64,000 bases of DNA, taken from Bdellovibrionota bacterium. GTDB taxonomy: Bacteria; Bdellovibrionota_C; UBA2361; JBGSMV01. Of the stretch, positions 39,523 to 48,235 are shown piece after piece. The stretch spans positions 1 through 64,000 of the forward strand of contig JBIKWF010000006.1 of the NCBI GenBank assembly GCA_044356455.1, in the 5' to 3' direction. The position numbers and the translations under genes were made by a program. The notes under the pieces are model-generated. The model worked only from the letters and a program-made list of their open reading frames with translations, made no database searches and was not told the origin of the DNA. The number at the start of each line of letters is the position of its first letter. Positions within the stretch are counted from its first letter, which is position 1.

Positions 39523-39924
39523 TTGATGTCTCTGCGCACTCTTTTCATTATTCTTGCGGTTGTCTACTTCATTTCTCCGTTCGATCTCATTCCTGATCGA
39601 TTTGGCTGGCTTTCTAGAATTGATGACTTCGCGGTGATGCTCTACCTGTGGTGGAAGTATAATAAGATTGCCAGTCACAAGGCGTCAGGAGCTGAAACAG
39701 AAAAGGCAAAGCCCCACGCTGAGACTCCCCCAGTTCCTAGATCTCCGGAGGAGGTTCTCAATATTCAAAAGGGAGCGACACAGGACGAAATTGAATCAAG
39801 TTACCGGAGGCTCATGAGCCAATACCACCCCGACAAGGTTACCCACCTTGGGCCGGATCTTCAGAAGCTCGCGCATGAGAAAACAATTGAAATTCAAAGA
39901 GCGTACGAAGAGCTTACTCGTTAA
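39523..39924 (+). CDS. DUF1232 + DnaJ domain protein
   Basis: YFISPFDLIPD..G....DD; J-domain YHPDK...I..AY. Confidence 0.88.
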   Translation: MMSLRTLFIILAVVYFISPFDLIPDRFGWLSRIDDFAVMLYLWWKYNKIASHKASGAETEKAKPHAETPPVPRSPEEVLNIQKGATQDEIESSYRRLMSQYHPDKVTHLGPDLQKLAHEKTIEIQRAYEELTR

Positions 39925-39965
39925 GTAACATCTGAGAGCGGCACCCCTTTGCCCGCACTCAAGAG

Positions 39966-41600
39966 TCATTCAGATTTTGCCAAACGCGCTGATGAAGTTG
40001 GACAAGTTTGAATCACATCAAAATGTTTTTGAAAGAGAGAAAGAGGCATAATGAGAGCTGCTTCCTCGAAGCGAGGGTTGTCGCCATGCGGATTGGCGAT
40101 AATAACTGAGCCCTCTCCCTCGGCTGAAACACTATAGCCAAGCACTGCATAGGCATGAGAAGTCACGAGTCCCGCCTCATTTACCTTGCAGCTCTCCCCT
40201 CGGTGCGCCGTGCTTGCCACGACCGCAATACGGGCACCGGGTTCAAATGCGCTTATGAGCACACGTTCCATCGGCTGGGTAGCTGCAGACTGGCCTGCAC
40301 GATAGTCATAACGGGTAGCTTTATTACCAGTAATTAACTCAAGTGAATGCTCTGCCCAACCTCCACCTCCAATATACTGAGCGGGAAGCATGAGAACTTG
40401 ATCGTCATAACTACCGAGGTGGTGCGCGCCCTCGCGCTGGACGTAAAGCCCCGCAGCCTTTTCAAGGATAGGAACCCAGGAGTATTGTGGGCTAGCCGCT
40501 TTTGCAAAAAGCGCGCGCTCAACATCAGTGGGAAGTTCCAAAACGATGGCATTGTTCGGGTCACCAGGGAATTGCACCGTAAACTTTCCGTCCCCAGATG
40601 AAGTTATAATGTTGCGCAGCAGTTCCGGGTCAACGCTACTTAGCGAGAGAAGCGATGCAAGAAAGTAGCAATTACCTGTGCGCCCTTGCTGGACTGCCTC
40701 GGGGACAATTGCAAAGTTTTCAGGCCGTATAGCTTCCCAGGCTGAATTACTGAGCCGCTCAGAGACGGCTCGATGAGAACCTGAAATTGCCGAGGTCATC
40801 GAGAGGTAAGCAGATTTTGGACCATGCGCTTCGATGATTGTGGATGAATAATAGAGGAGATCATCCTTGGTAATTCCGACGCGTTCCTCTGGCAGCTCGT
40901 TCGTGTTAGTGGCTCGGATATCAGAATATGAGGCCTTGATCACTCGAGCGACTTCGGCCACTTGAGGATCGATGCTCCCCGTTGCGCGTTGCACTTCCGC
41001 ACGGTCAAGCGCCAAGTCCCCGTTTTGGTCAATGCTCTCGAATCCCTTTTCATTTAGGAGGAATCGTCTCGCCTCTTTCACACTTTCGACTTCCACGGCG
41101 ACTTTGCCTAGTTGTCTGTTAAATCCTTTTAGATCTCCTCGCGATATCTCCCATTCCCGAAGCAGTCCGTCTCCTAAATCAACGGTCGTCGTAACGATGC
41201 CAGGGTAGGCACTCACAAGGGAGGCAGCGAGCTGCGACTCGTTCGGCAACAGGTCCACACGGTTCGCAAAAGTGGCCACTTCCTCTTGGCCAATAAAACT
41301 ATCCTTGTTGGTATCTAGGCTATCAAATCTCTCAAGTGCAAGATTGATGACCCCGGATGGCGTAAGCTGAACTATTGGCGGGGGATGTGCACGCTGGTCA
41401 GAGGCCTCAGCACGCGGAGTAGGGATCAGGGCCTGTGGAACGAGAGCTGCCGCGGCAAGGTGCCTAAGCCATCCTCGACCAAAGCTACCTGACAGAGGAG
41501 ACGCTGGGGCATGATCGCTTGGGCTTTGCAGCCGACTGCTTACTGACTTCTCATCACCAGTAGAACTAGACCTATGGTCCTGATTCTTCTTAATTTCCAT
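39966..41600 (-). CDS. Calpain-like (peptidase C2) cysteine protease with EF-hand motifs
   Basis: QGRTGNCYFLASL, WVPILEKA, HAYAVL, IANPHG; EF loops DTNKDSFIGQEE and DQNGDLALDRAE. Confidence 0.85.
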   Translation of the reverse strand: MEIKKNQDHRSSSTGDEKSVSSRLQSPSDHAPASPLSGSFGRGWLRHLAAAALVPQALIPTPRAEASDQRAHPPPIVQLTPSGVINLALERFDSLDTNKDSFIGQEEVATFANRVDLLPNESQLAASLVSAYPGIVTTTVDLGDGLLREWEISRGDLKGFNRQLGKVAVEVESVKEARRFLLNEKGFESIDQNGDLALDRAEVQRATGSIDPQVAEVARVIKASYSDIRATNTNELPEERVGITKDDLLYYSSTIIEAHGPKSAYLSMTSAISGSHRAVSERLSNSAWEAIRPENFAIVPEAVQQGRTGNCYFLASLLSLSSVDPELLRNIITSSGDGKFTVQFPGDPNNAIVLELPTDVERALFAKAASPQYSWVPILEKAAGLYVQREGAHHLGSYDDQVLMLPAQYIGGGGWAEHSLELITGNKATRYDYRAGQSAATQPMERVLISAFEPGARIAVVASTAHRGESCKVNEAGLVTSHAYAVLGYSVSAEGEGSVIIANPHGDNPRFEEAALIMPLSLFQKHFDVIQTCPTSSARLAKSE

Positions 41601-41650
41601 ACCCCACCCTTCATCTCTGTTATGGGTGCGGAAGCCTCCAGGTTGCCTAA

Positions 41651-41780
41651 GGAACCTCTGAAAAACTTACCTCTGTGTACCCCTGTGTCCTCTGTGGTGA
41701 AATTTTCATCAAGGAATTCACTACAGAGGACACGAAGGTACACAGAGGTTTAGTAAGACTCGGGGTTTTTCAGAGGTTCC
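41651..41780. mobile_element. Palindromic MITE, copy 6
   Basis: Perfect 16-bp terminal inverted repeat GGAACCTCTGAAAAAC; CTAA duplication. Confidence 0.92.
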
Positions 41781-41927
41781 CTAAACCCTACGAACCACTC
41801 ACCTCCTTAAAATGATTGATTTTCTGCTTAACCTCGCAGGTACTCACTTCTGAATCCTCTGAAATATGAGGGAGTTCAATAACCTCAAACCTATGCTAAC
41901 TTCATCACTGAGTAGCGCTGAAGTTAA

Positions 41928-43973
41928 GTGATGCTTAGAGACGGCCCCAATCTCAAGGCTCTTGATCAATCTGGCCCTTTTGCCGGAGAGCAGCCGTCAC
42001 GGCGCAATGAAGGCATACTCACTTCTCATGCAAGCACCCAGAGAGCGAGTACCCAGGTCCAACAAGCTCCTGAATATCTCCGAGAGCTTAGAACCCCCAC
42101 CCCTACGACTTCTCGGCTTATACTCGATCCGAGCTCAGGCCTTTCAGATCAGCGCATACGTCACTTTGAAAAGCTGCTGCCCGACTGGGTTTCAGAAATT
42201 ACCCTCTCAAGACGCAGCATTGGTCCCAAGCGAAGAGATCGGCCTCCTACCCGAAGTGCACGCCCCCCGTCCTCTCACTCTTGCCTTATTGCAGCGATAC
42301 GCCTGAATCGTAGACCTCCCGTTGGAGCGGTCCAGGAATTGCAGCTCGCTCTCTACTCTGAGCTTGGTGAATGGCCATTTCGGCATGTCATAAGTGACTT
42401 TCCGCATGCGAATACTCCGACCCCGGCTCACAAGAATCGGGACACACAGCTTCGCAGGGAAGTCCTTCGAACGCTTCCAGTAGGAAACGAGCTTGTGCAC
42501 CTGGAAGAATTTATCCTCTCGTCAAAGGGGGCAAACGTACGTTTCTTAGTCGCAAAGATATTTTCTCTCTCTGCGCCCGCGCTTTCCGAATGGAAGCGAA
42601 GTTTCGAGCAGGATCACGGCCTACTCGTACTCATAGATTCAGAGAACGCCCCTCCTTCTTGGGTAGACGCTCTTCGGAGGGCAGCCGGAGCGAGCGGATT
42701 TTTACGCCCCGAGGCCTTCCCTCGCCTCGTTAACCGACTACTTGCACCTTCGTCCCTACCCAGTTCCGTTTCTGACCATCGTCCGCGCACGCCACGCACG
42801 CGTGTGGATCTTACGACTCGCAACTGGTTTCGAGTCGATTCGAAAGAATGCCTGATCGCGGAGGACATTCTAGATATTCGCAGCCTCCCGAATGGACACA
42901 CCGAATTGCTCGTAGGTGTAGTCGACATAGTCTCGCCAGGACGCCCCGCGGATATACCCAACCGACGCTGGAGATCTTTCATCGTGGGTGAAGAGCGTAA
43001 TGCCCTTGTGTCGAGATTCGAGTTCGACCGCGAGTACAATCTTTGTGGGTTCTCTACCCAGCTTGCACGGGTCAAGGCGCATCTCAAATTCACTCTTTCC
43101 GACCTGGGCAAACTGCTGCGCAGTAATTCAAAAGACCCATTCGTTAAAAATCTGCGCAGGCTAGATTCAATAGCAGCGCAACTTGGGAACCGCCGGCTAA
43201 GGTATGACGGCTTTGTCGAAGTCTCCCTTGGCGGTTCTCCTGGGAAACTTGTATTTGAGCCAATGGTGCTTTTTAACTCCGCCAATACTCACTGGCTACG
43301 GAGCAACAAAGTGCCGCTCTTGTATCGCGTGCCACAACGCGTTTCGATTGCAGAGCGCAGAGACCTGCACGCCGAATTGGTAAAGAAGAATTTTTCGGCC
43401 CAAGCTCTTGAAAGACCCGATCCCCTACGCACGCTACTTTTGCTCCAGCAACTGGACAGAGCAGGTGAGAGCACATTATGCCACAGAATCCTCGACGGGT
43501 ACGTGCGAAGCACTCGGTATAGTACCGAAGATGATTCCCACCCCGGGTTTGCAAGCCCCTATACTGGATTCAAACCAAAAGGCGGAAGTGGGTTTAACCA
43601 ACTGCAGTTGGTCAGATTTCTTTCCGGCACCAAGCCACTTGATGAGCCTACCCTGCGCGCTCAATTTGTGTCCCTTCAAGGGCGAGGTCCCCTCGTCGCC
43701 TACTCACGCACCGATCAGGAAGCCCTTACGAGCTTGGCAAAACTCTTTCAGAATCCAAAGGAAGCGACTCTTGCCACTGTCATAAGCACCAACCCTTACT
43801 CTCAGCCAAAAGAAAGGCCCCATCTTACCATTCGTGTTGAAGGATGGGACCGACTTGCGCTGATGCAGTGCCGTGCAAAAGCCCACGCTGAATATTTGCC
43901 GGGCATGCAGATATACGTCCGCGCTACCGGATTTGATGCAAGAAAGATGTGCCCTGTCTTTGAGATCGCGTAG
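41928..43973 (+). CDS. Degenerate RNase II/R (RNB) domain protein
   Basis: RVDLT..WFRVD...EDILDI..L.NG..ELLVGVVD; M.LFN; PLLYRV; YST...HPG....YTGF; OB-like C-terminus. Confidence 0.6.
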   Translation: MMLRDGPNLKALDQSGPFAGEQPSRRNEGILTSHASTQRASTQVQQAPEYLRELRTPTPTTSRLILDPSSGLSDQRIRHFEKLLPDWVSEITLSRRSIGPKRRDRPPTRSARPPSSHSCLIAAIRLNRRPPVGAVQELQLALYSELGEWPFRHVISDFPHANTPTPAHKNRDTQLRREVLRTLPVGNELVHLEEFILSSKGANVRFLVAKIFSLSAPALSEWKRSFEQDHGLLVLIDSENAPPSWVDALRRAAGASGFLRPEAFPRLVNRLLAPSSLPSSVSDHRPRTPRTRVDLTTRNWFRVDSKECLIAEDILDIRSLPNGHTELLVGVVDIVSPGRPADIPNRRWRSFIVGEERNALVSRFEFDREYNLCGFSTQLARVKAHLKFTLSDLGKLLRSNSKDPFVKNLRRLDSIAAQLGNRRLRYDGFVEVSLGGSPGKLVFEPMVLFNSANTHWLRSNKVPLLYRVPQRVSIAERRDLHAELVKKNFSAQALERPDPLRTLLLLQQLDRAGESTLCHRILDGYVRSTRYSTEDDSHPGFASPYTGFKPKGGSGFNQLQLVRFLSGTKPLDEPTLRAQFVSLQGRGPLVAYSRTDQEALTSLAKLFQNPKEATLATVISTNPYSQPKERPHLTIRVEGWDRLALMQCRAKAHAEYLPGMQIYVRATGFDARKMCPVFEIA

Positions 43974-43974
43974 G

Positions 43975-45003
43975 TTAGAAATCGGTACTATTGGACCGGC
44001 TTACCAAGTCGTTATAGTTTTTAACAACTTCCGCGGGGTGTCCCTTAACTAGCTCTGGGCTTGAGGCCGAGAAGAACTCAGTATTAAAATCTCGGTTCTC
44101 TTTCTTGCGGCGCAGAAGCTCTTTTGCTGATTTCTGAAAATTCTGCAGGGCGCTAAAGAGAAAAACATATCCGCTAACCTTTGAAATCTCTTGCGGATGC
44201 GCCGTGCTATATTCATCAAGCGCACCTACTGAACTATTGTAATTCGCGAGCACTGCTCCATACGACTCGGTGTCAAGCTCCTTTAGTTTGCTGACACTTG
44301 CTTCTTTGACCAACTTTTTCGCATCGAACATTACCTTTTCGGCCAAGTAGCGCAGCCGTGCGCTCTCATCGCCCGCGAGCCTCTCAAGTCTTCGGCTCGT
44401 AAGTTCGTCGTTCAAGCTACCTATCTTTTTACCAAGAACCTTGTTGGCCTGCTCAAATTTCGAGAAGGCAGCGAGAAGTGGCTGATGCATCTTCTTACCT
44501 TCAGCCATCCCATCGTCTTTATAGTCCTCTTGGTCGTAATAGGTATCCGCTTTTTTTAGCAGCGGCACGATCTCTTGGAGCGCCTGTAAATAATGCTCGC
44601 CTGCTGATTCAAGCTCTGAAGCAGCAGGAGACATCCCCCGAGCTGCCTCAACTGACCTTGTGCAAGTATCCGCATCGGTCGTGTAGAGGCCGTAAATATT
44701 CTTCTCTTTGCCGGTAGGCCCCCGAGCCTCATCTGCCCAACTCAGGTATCGTCTCTTGCTATCAAGAACCCGGTTCGTTGCTGAATTGAAACAGGTAACG
44801 TACTGACTGAGCTTTCTGCTCAGGGCGGCATCATCACTCGATTTATCCGATCGTCCTTCGGCATAGACTGGCCCCGCAAGCATGGTTACTGCAAGCACGG
44901 TTCCAATAAGCAAAAATTTGGCAAAGCCAAGAATGATACTCCTGCAAGGTGAGGGCTTAACTGGCATTAGAAACTCCACGCTAAGAATAGTTGCTGACGA
45001 CAA
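43975..45003 (-). CDS. YiiG (DUF3829) family exported protein
   Basis: KL..Y..CFN, YY.QEDYKDD....GK..H, YN.LV...N. Confidence 0.8.
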   Translation of the reverse strand: MSSATILSVEFLMPVKPSPCRSIILGFAKFLLIGTVLAVTMLAGPVYAEGRSDKSSDDAALSRKLSQYVTCFNSATNRVLDSKRRYLSWADEARGPTGKEKNIYGLYTTDADTCTRSVEAARGMSPAASELESAGEHYLQALQEIVPLLKKADTYYDQEDYKDDGMAEGKKMHQPLLAAFSKFEQANKVLGKKIGSLNDELTSRRLERLAGDESARLRYLAEKVMFDAKKLVKEASVSKLKELDTESYGAVLANYNSSVGALDEYSTAHPQEISKVSGYVFLFSALQNFQKSAKELLRRKKENRDFNTEFFSASSPELVKGHPAEVVKNYNDLVSRSNSTDF

Positions 45004-45052
45004 CTATAAAACTACAACCCATAGCCGAATTCGCACAATCAAGGATAAAAAG

Positions 45053-45616
45053 TCACTCGACTAGAATCTTTCGACGAACTCGAGCAGTGGCAGCGAGGTC
45101 AGACCCGGCTTCGGTAACGCGCACATCAAGAATCCAAAGCCCCGAGGCAAGAAGGAGCTGAGGCGCTACATAAGCTCCCGGGCCCCGCGCTTCGAGCGCG
45201 ACTTTTCGGTCTAATCTGCTATCTCCTGGGCGCATAGCATAGAGGTCGATGGCTTGGTTTGAGACTGGAGCGCCATCCTTGCTTGTGATCGTAAGCGCCA
45301 ACTCTTTTCCAGAGGTGGCCTGAAACTCAAGGGTCCAGCCGCGCTCGGCAAAGCGAGATTCCTCTTCAATTACTTCCTGATACTTGAGACCGTCTTCGTA
45401 GGCATTCCCCTTAAGAAGCTCCGAGGGCGAAGAATTCGCAATGAGATAGAGCGCGATCCCACCGATAAAAAGTAAGATAAAAATTGAGATTATCGCGTAG
45501 GGCCAGGGAGAGCGGCTTCCGCTCCCTGAAGCTCTATTCTCTGAAGCACCATTCTCTGAACCACTTCGCTCAGAACTCTCCATACCAGAAACCCTCGTTG
45601 CAGAAACACTATCCAT
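45053..45616 (-). CDS. ccoH: FixH/CcoH protein
   Basis: WPY + TM helix, Y..GL.YQ..I, RP.D.R.D, G.W; lies in the cco cluster. Confidence 0.85.
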   Translation of the reverse strand: MDSVSATRVSGMESSERSGSENGASENRASGSGSRSPWPYAIISIFILLFIGGIALYLIANSSPSELLKGNAYEDGLKYQEVIEEESRFAERGWTLEFQATSGKELALTITSKDGAPVSNQAIDLYAMRPGDSRLDRKVALEARGPGAYVAPQLLLASGLWILDVRVTEAGSDLAATARVRRKILVE

Positions 45617-45618
45617 CT

Positions 45619-47172
45619 CTATTTTTCCTCGGTTTGAGGGCCAAGCAACGTAATTGCAGCGGTTTTAGTTGACCCGTCTGATGCTTTAAGCTCGATATGA
45701 GCATGACCAATCCCTGAGGGCAACGCAGCTTGAGGAAACATCACAAAAAGCGGAAGTGTTTTCTCCTCCCCTGGCCCAACGGGATATGGGCTCTGAGGGA
45801 CCGTAAGGGTTCCTTGTGAAAACCCAAGCAGCTTGGCTTCGTAAGTTTCAGTCTTCTTAGACTTATTGCCGATACGGGCGTGCAGGTGATTTACAATCAT
45901 ACCATGCTCAAGCGCGGAGAATGGTACATCTGCACCGCCGCGCACGACTTTAAAATCAGTCAATGAGCGAGAACTAAGCAGCGCAATAAACGAGATTCCT
46001 AACGCCAAAAGAAAACCAGCGTAAACCACTACCCGCGGCCTAACCCACGTGAGCCCCTCTCTGCGAAGTAAGTTTCTCTCGCTATCATATCGAATAAGAC
46101 CAGGCGCACGTCCAACCTTCTCCATGACTGAGTCGCAGGCATCGATGCATTGGCTACACTGAATACACTCAAGCTGCAGCCCATTTCGAATGTCTATTCC
46201 TGTAGGACAGACCCTCACGCACAGTCCGCAATCTATGCAGTCCCCTGTTGTTTCTGCGCTATTCTGCTTTCCTCTTGGCTCTCCTCTCACCGGGTCATAG
46301 CCAACGATGAGTGAATTCGAATCAAGCAGTACAGACTGAAAACGCGCATAGGGACAAAGCACGGTGCAGAACTGCTCACGGAACCAGCCGAACTCAAAAA
46401 GCAGCACCGCCATGAGCACTAATGTAAGAGCAAACGGGAAGAAGTTCTGCTCCGGAGAATGCTGCATCATTCCGATTAAGTTATCCCTACCCCAGAAATA
46501 GGCGAGGGCTGTGCTTGCGAGAAGCCAGGCAACTACTGCATAGAGTGTCCACTTCAGGCCTTTCTTGAGTACCCACTCACTGGAAAATGGCTTTGAATCC
46601 AGTCGCAGGCGCTGTGCCGGTCCACCCTCAATGAAGCGCTCAATAGGCCGGAAAACGAACTCCAAGAAGACCGTCTGAGGGCACGCCCATCCGCACCACA
46701 TTCGGCCAAGAAGAGCCGAAGCAAGAAACATAGTGAGCGCGAGGCCAGCGATGATAATAAAAAGAAGGACCGTATCAGTGGGATAGAAAGTAGTTCCAAA
46801 GAAGGTGAATTTGCGCTCCATGATGCTGAGCAGCACAGCCTGGTCCCCATGCACAGTAACCCAAGGGAGGCCAAGATATATAAGAAGCAGCGCGCAGACG
46901 ACGAGCACCCTTCTCTGGAACAGACGCCCTTTCACCAGGGCATTATATACCCAGTGGCGCTTTCCATCCTTCCCGATGGTGTAAAGTGTCTCGCGAAAAT
47001 CAAAATCGGTCGGAGACGGCGAACTCTGTTTCTTTGAGCTGTTAATTGAGACCGCAGTCTTATTTTTACAGCCACCGCTTCCACACGAGCCGTCTCCCTT
47101 GCAGCCCAGAGAAGAGGGGTGCTGAGAGGATGAGCTCGAAGAAGCGTGTTTTACGTCATGACCATCGCACAT
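45619..47172 (-). CDS. ccoG: cbb3 oxidase accessory 4Fe-4S protein CcoG/FixG
   Basis: GRMWCGWACPQTV, CPYARFQ, CIDCGLCVRVCPTGIDIR, CIQC..CIDAC. Start set at ATG 47172 because the longer ORF runs through a MITE. Confidence 0.93.
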   Translation of the reverse strand: MCDGHDVKHASSSSSSQHPSSLGCKGDGSCGSGGCKNKTAVSINSSKKQSSPSPTDFDFRETLYTIGKDGKRHWVYNALVKGRLFQRRVLVVCALLLIYLGLPWVTVHGDQAVLLSIMERKFTFFGTTFYPTDTVLLFIIIAGLALTMFLASALLGRMWCGWACPQTVFLEFVFRPIERFIEGGPAQRLRLDSKPFSSEWVLKKGLKWTLYAVVAWLLASTALAYFWGRDNLIGMMQHSPEQNFFPFALTLVLMAVLLFEFGWFREQFCTVLCPYARFQSVLLDSNSLIVGYDPVRGEPRGKQNSAETTGDCIDCGLCVRVCPTGIDIRNGLQLECIQCSQCIDACDSVMEKVGRAPGLIRYDSERNLLRREGLTWVRPRVVVYAGFLLALGISFIALLSSRSLTDFKVVRGGADVPFSALEHGMIVNHLHARIGNKSKKTETYEAKLLGFSQGTLTVPQSPYPVGPGEEKTLPLFVMFPQAALPSGIGHAHIELKASDGSTKTAAITLLGPQTEEK

Positions 47173-47258
47173 AAAAGGTCCCTCGCGAAGTTGCCGCGCT
47201 ACGTTCGCGACAGTCACCGCAATAAACTTGTCCCCCCCTCTTTGGAGCCTTAGCTTAG

Positions 47259-47380
47259 GGAACCTCTGGAAAACCTCTATTCTTAATACACCTCTGTGTA
47301 CCTCTGAGCCCTCTGTGGTGAATTTCTTAACGAAAATTTCGCCATAGAGGGCCCACAGTGGGTTATTCAGAGTAGACTCC
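47259..47380. mobile_element. Palindromic MITE, copy 7
   Basis: GGAACCTCTGGAAAAC left end, degenerate right end, TTAG duplicated; lies between ccoP and ccoG. Confidence 0.8.
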
Positions 47381-47426
47381 TTAGGCACCCACCAAAGAGC
47401 GAGATTATAAATGCCAGAGCGCCCTA

Positions 47427-48005
47427 CTACGCTGCAGGTGGGCCCTCGGGCGCTTTGCCTGGAACATTGGTATTACGAATTGACCAAACGAAAGAAAGCA
47501 CGTCACTTATTTGATCAGCAGGCAAAAGCTCCTTCCACGCCAACATGCCCTTGGCAGGAACACCAACCTCAATCACCGTCTTTATCTCAGTGACCTTTCC
47601 ACCATGAATCCACTGAGCATCGGTTAAATTCGGCCCTACAAGCCCCTCCCCCTTGGTGCCGTGACAAACCATGCACTTTTCGGCGTAGACCTTTGCGCCC
47701 CTTTCTACCCGTGAAAGGTCAGACACCAAAGCGAGCAAGGACTCTTCCGTCATGGGAGCACCGCCCTGCATTTTCGCCGCATATTGGCTGCGAATTTCTT
47801 CAAGTTCCTTCATATCAACCGCGAGTTCTTCGCTTGGCTGAAGGCCAGGACCAAAATGATAATAGCCCACGTAAATCGGAGCGATAATGATGGTGATGTA
47901 GAATAGCCATAGCCACCAACGTGGGAGATCGTTGTCATACTCCTCAATTCCGTCGTAGTAGCTCTCAAGTAACTGGTCTTCTTTTTTATTCTCGCTCATA
48001 ACCAT
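47427..48005 (-). CDS. ccoP: cbb3 oxidase subunit III (short, monoheme)
   Basis: YDGIEEYDN.LP.WW, one CxxCH, GPNLTD..WIHG. Confidence 0.93.
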   Translation of the reverse strand: MVMSENKKEDQLLESYYDGIEEYDNDLPRWWLWLFYITIIIAPIYVGYYHFGPGLQPSEELAVDMKELEEIRSQYAAKMQGGAPMTEESLLALVSDLSRVERGAKVYAEKCMVCHGTKGEGLVGPNLTDAQWIHGGKVTEIKTVIEVGVPAKGMLAWKELLPADQISDVLSFVWSIRNTNVPGKAPEGPPAA

Positions 48006-48070
48006 TCCTTTTTTGAAGGGAGCTCTTGAAGGAAGCCCTCAAAAGAAGCCTCGCCCTTCATCAAGTCGCC

Positions 48071-48235
48071 TCAATCATTCTTTTCATTTAGCGGCAGCTG
48101 CGAAGCCTCCTCGTAAGCTCGTCGCCGCGCGGGCCAATACACCCAGGCAACTACCGCAACAAAAAACACAAGGAAGAAGACAAGAGCAAATTGAGCCCAT
48201 ACGGGATCAACGAGCCCCTGTATAAACCTACCCAT
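48071..48235 (-). CDS. ccoQ: cbb3 oxidase subunit CcoQ (absent from the ORF track)
   Basis: Translates as [54 protein letters not shown]; lies between ccoNO and ccoP. Confidence 0.85.
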   Translation of the reverse strand: MGRFIQGLVDPVWAQFALVFFLVFFVAVVAWVYWPARRRAYEEASQLPLNEKND

